A DNA stretch of 64,000 nucleotides, from the sequence record NC_091964.1. One strand, written 5' to 3'. Positions 63,882 to 64,000 of this stretch are shown here, piece by piece (within the stretch, counting starts at the first letter, position 1; every line of letters begins with the position of its first letter). The notes under the pieces were generated by a model. That model was not told the origin of the DNA and ran no database searches. It saw only the letters and a program-made list of their open reading frames with translations. Position numbers and translations under genes: made by a program.

Positions 63882-63976
63882 AGTATGTAGAACAGTGTTT
63901 GGGTAATCCCCAAGCATAGTGGTTTGGTGTCTGAGGTCAGGTTTTAAAAAAATCTCACCTATATATCATTTTGGTG
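63882..63976 (+). promoter_or_regulatory. Late-type (AGTATG) and early-type (TATATCATTTTGGTG, 63962-63976) promoters for the next gene
   Basis: Both motifs plus a hairpin in the terminal gap; synteny predicts chimallin beyond the window. Confidence 0.55.
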
Positions 63977-64000
63977 AAGTTACATAGTTAACTTTCCAAA

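Noticed and set aside
1-64000. tRNA genes, CRISPR or TIGR-like repeat arrays, reverse transcriptase, integrase
   Set aside because: Reading by eye, I found no cloverleaf with T-loop/CCA, no regularly spaced repeats and no RT or recombinase motifs; tRNAscan and a repeat finder would be needed for certainty.

Overview
This 64 kb window is part of a nucleus-forming jumbo myophage genome (phiKZ/SPN3US-like, Chimalliviridae), probably infecting Enterobacterales given the E. coli-like NrdB. The assignment rests on a PhuZ tubulin, a split family-B DNA polymerase subunit and the tail tube, tail sheath, three virion genes and terminase block. Other recognisable genes are nrdB, thyA, two lytic transglycosylases, a 1.3 kaa virion protein with GH8-like motifs, SLOG, ATP-grasp, HslV-like, HD, CYTH and DUF2103 proteins, and a free-standing HNH endonuclease. 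About 60 ORFs are hypothetical. An early-type promoter motif (TATATYAYNNTAGTG) and TATG late-type elements recur in the intergenic gaps. I found no tRNA, CRISPR array, intron or intein. The strongest unexplained signals are a ~265-nt structured RNA candidate with its own promoter and terminator just downstream of phuZ (55005-55272), the tandem array of ten similar-architecture small proteins that follows it, and two further small structured RNA candidates (43931-44072 and 38228-38363). Also notable are palindromic bidirectional TATG promoters, a secreted transglycosylase with a periplasmic partner, and an unannotated 31-aa proline-rich peptide. Family names and phiKZ gene equivalents come from motif recognition and recalled synteny, not database searches.
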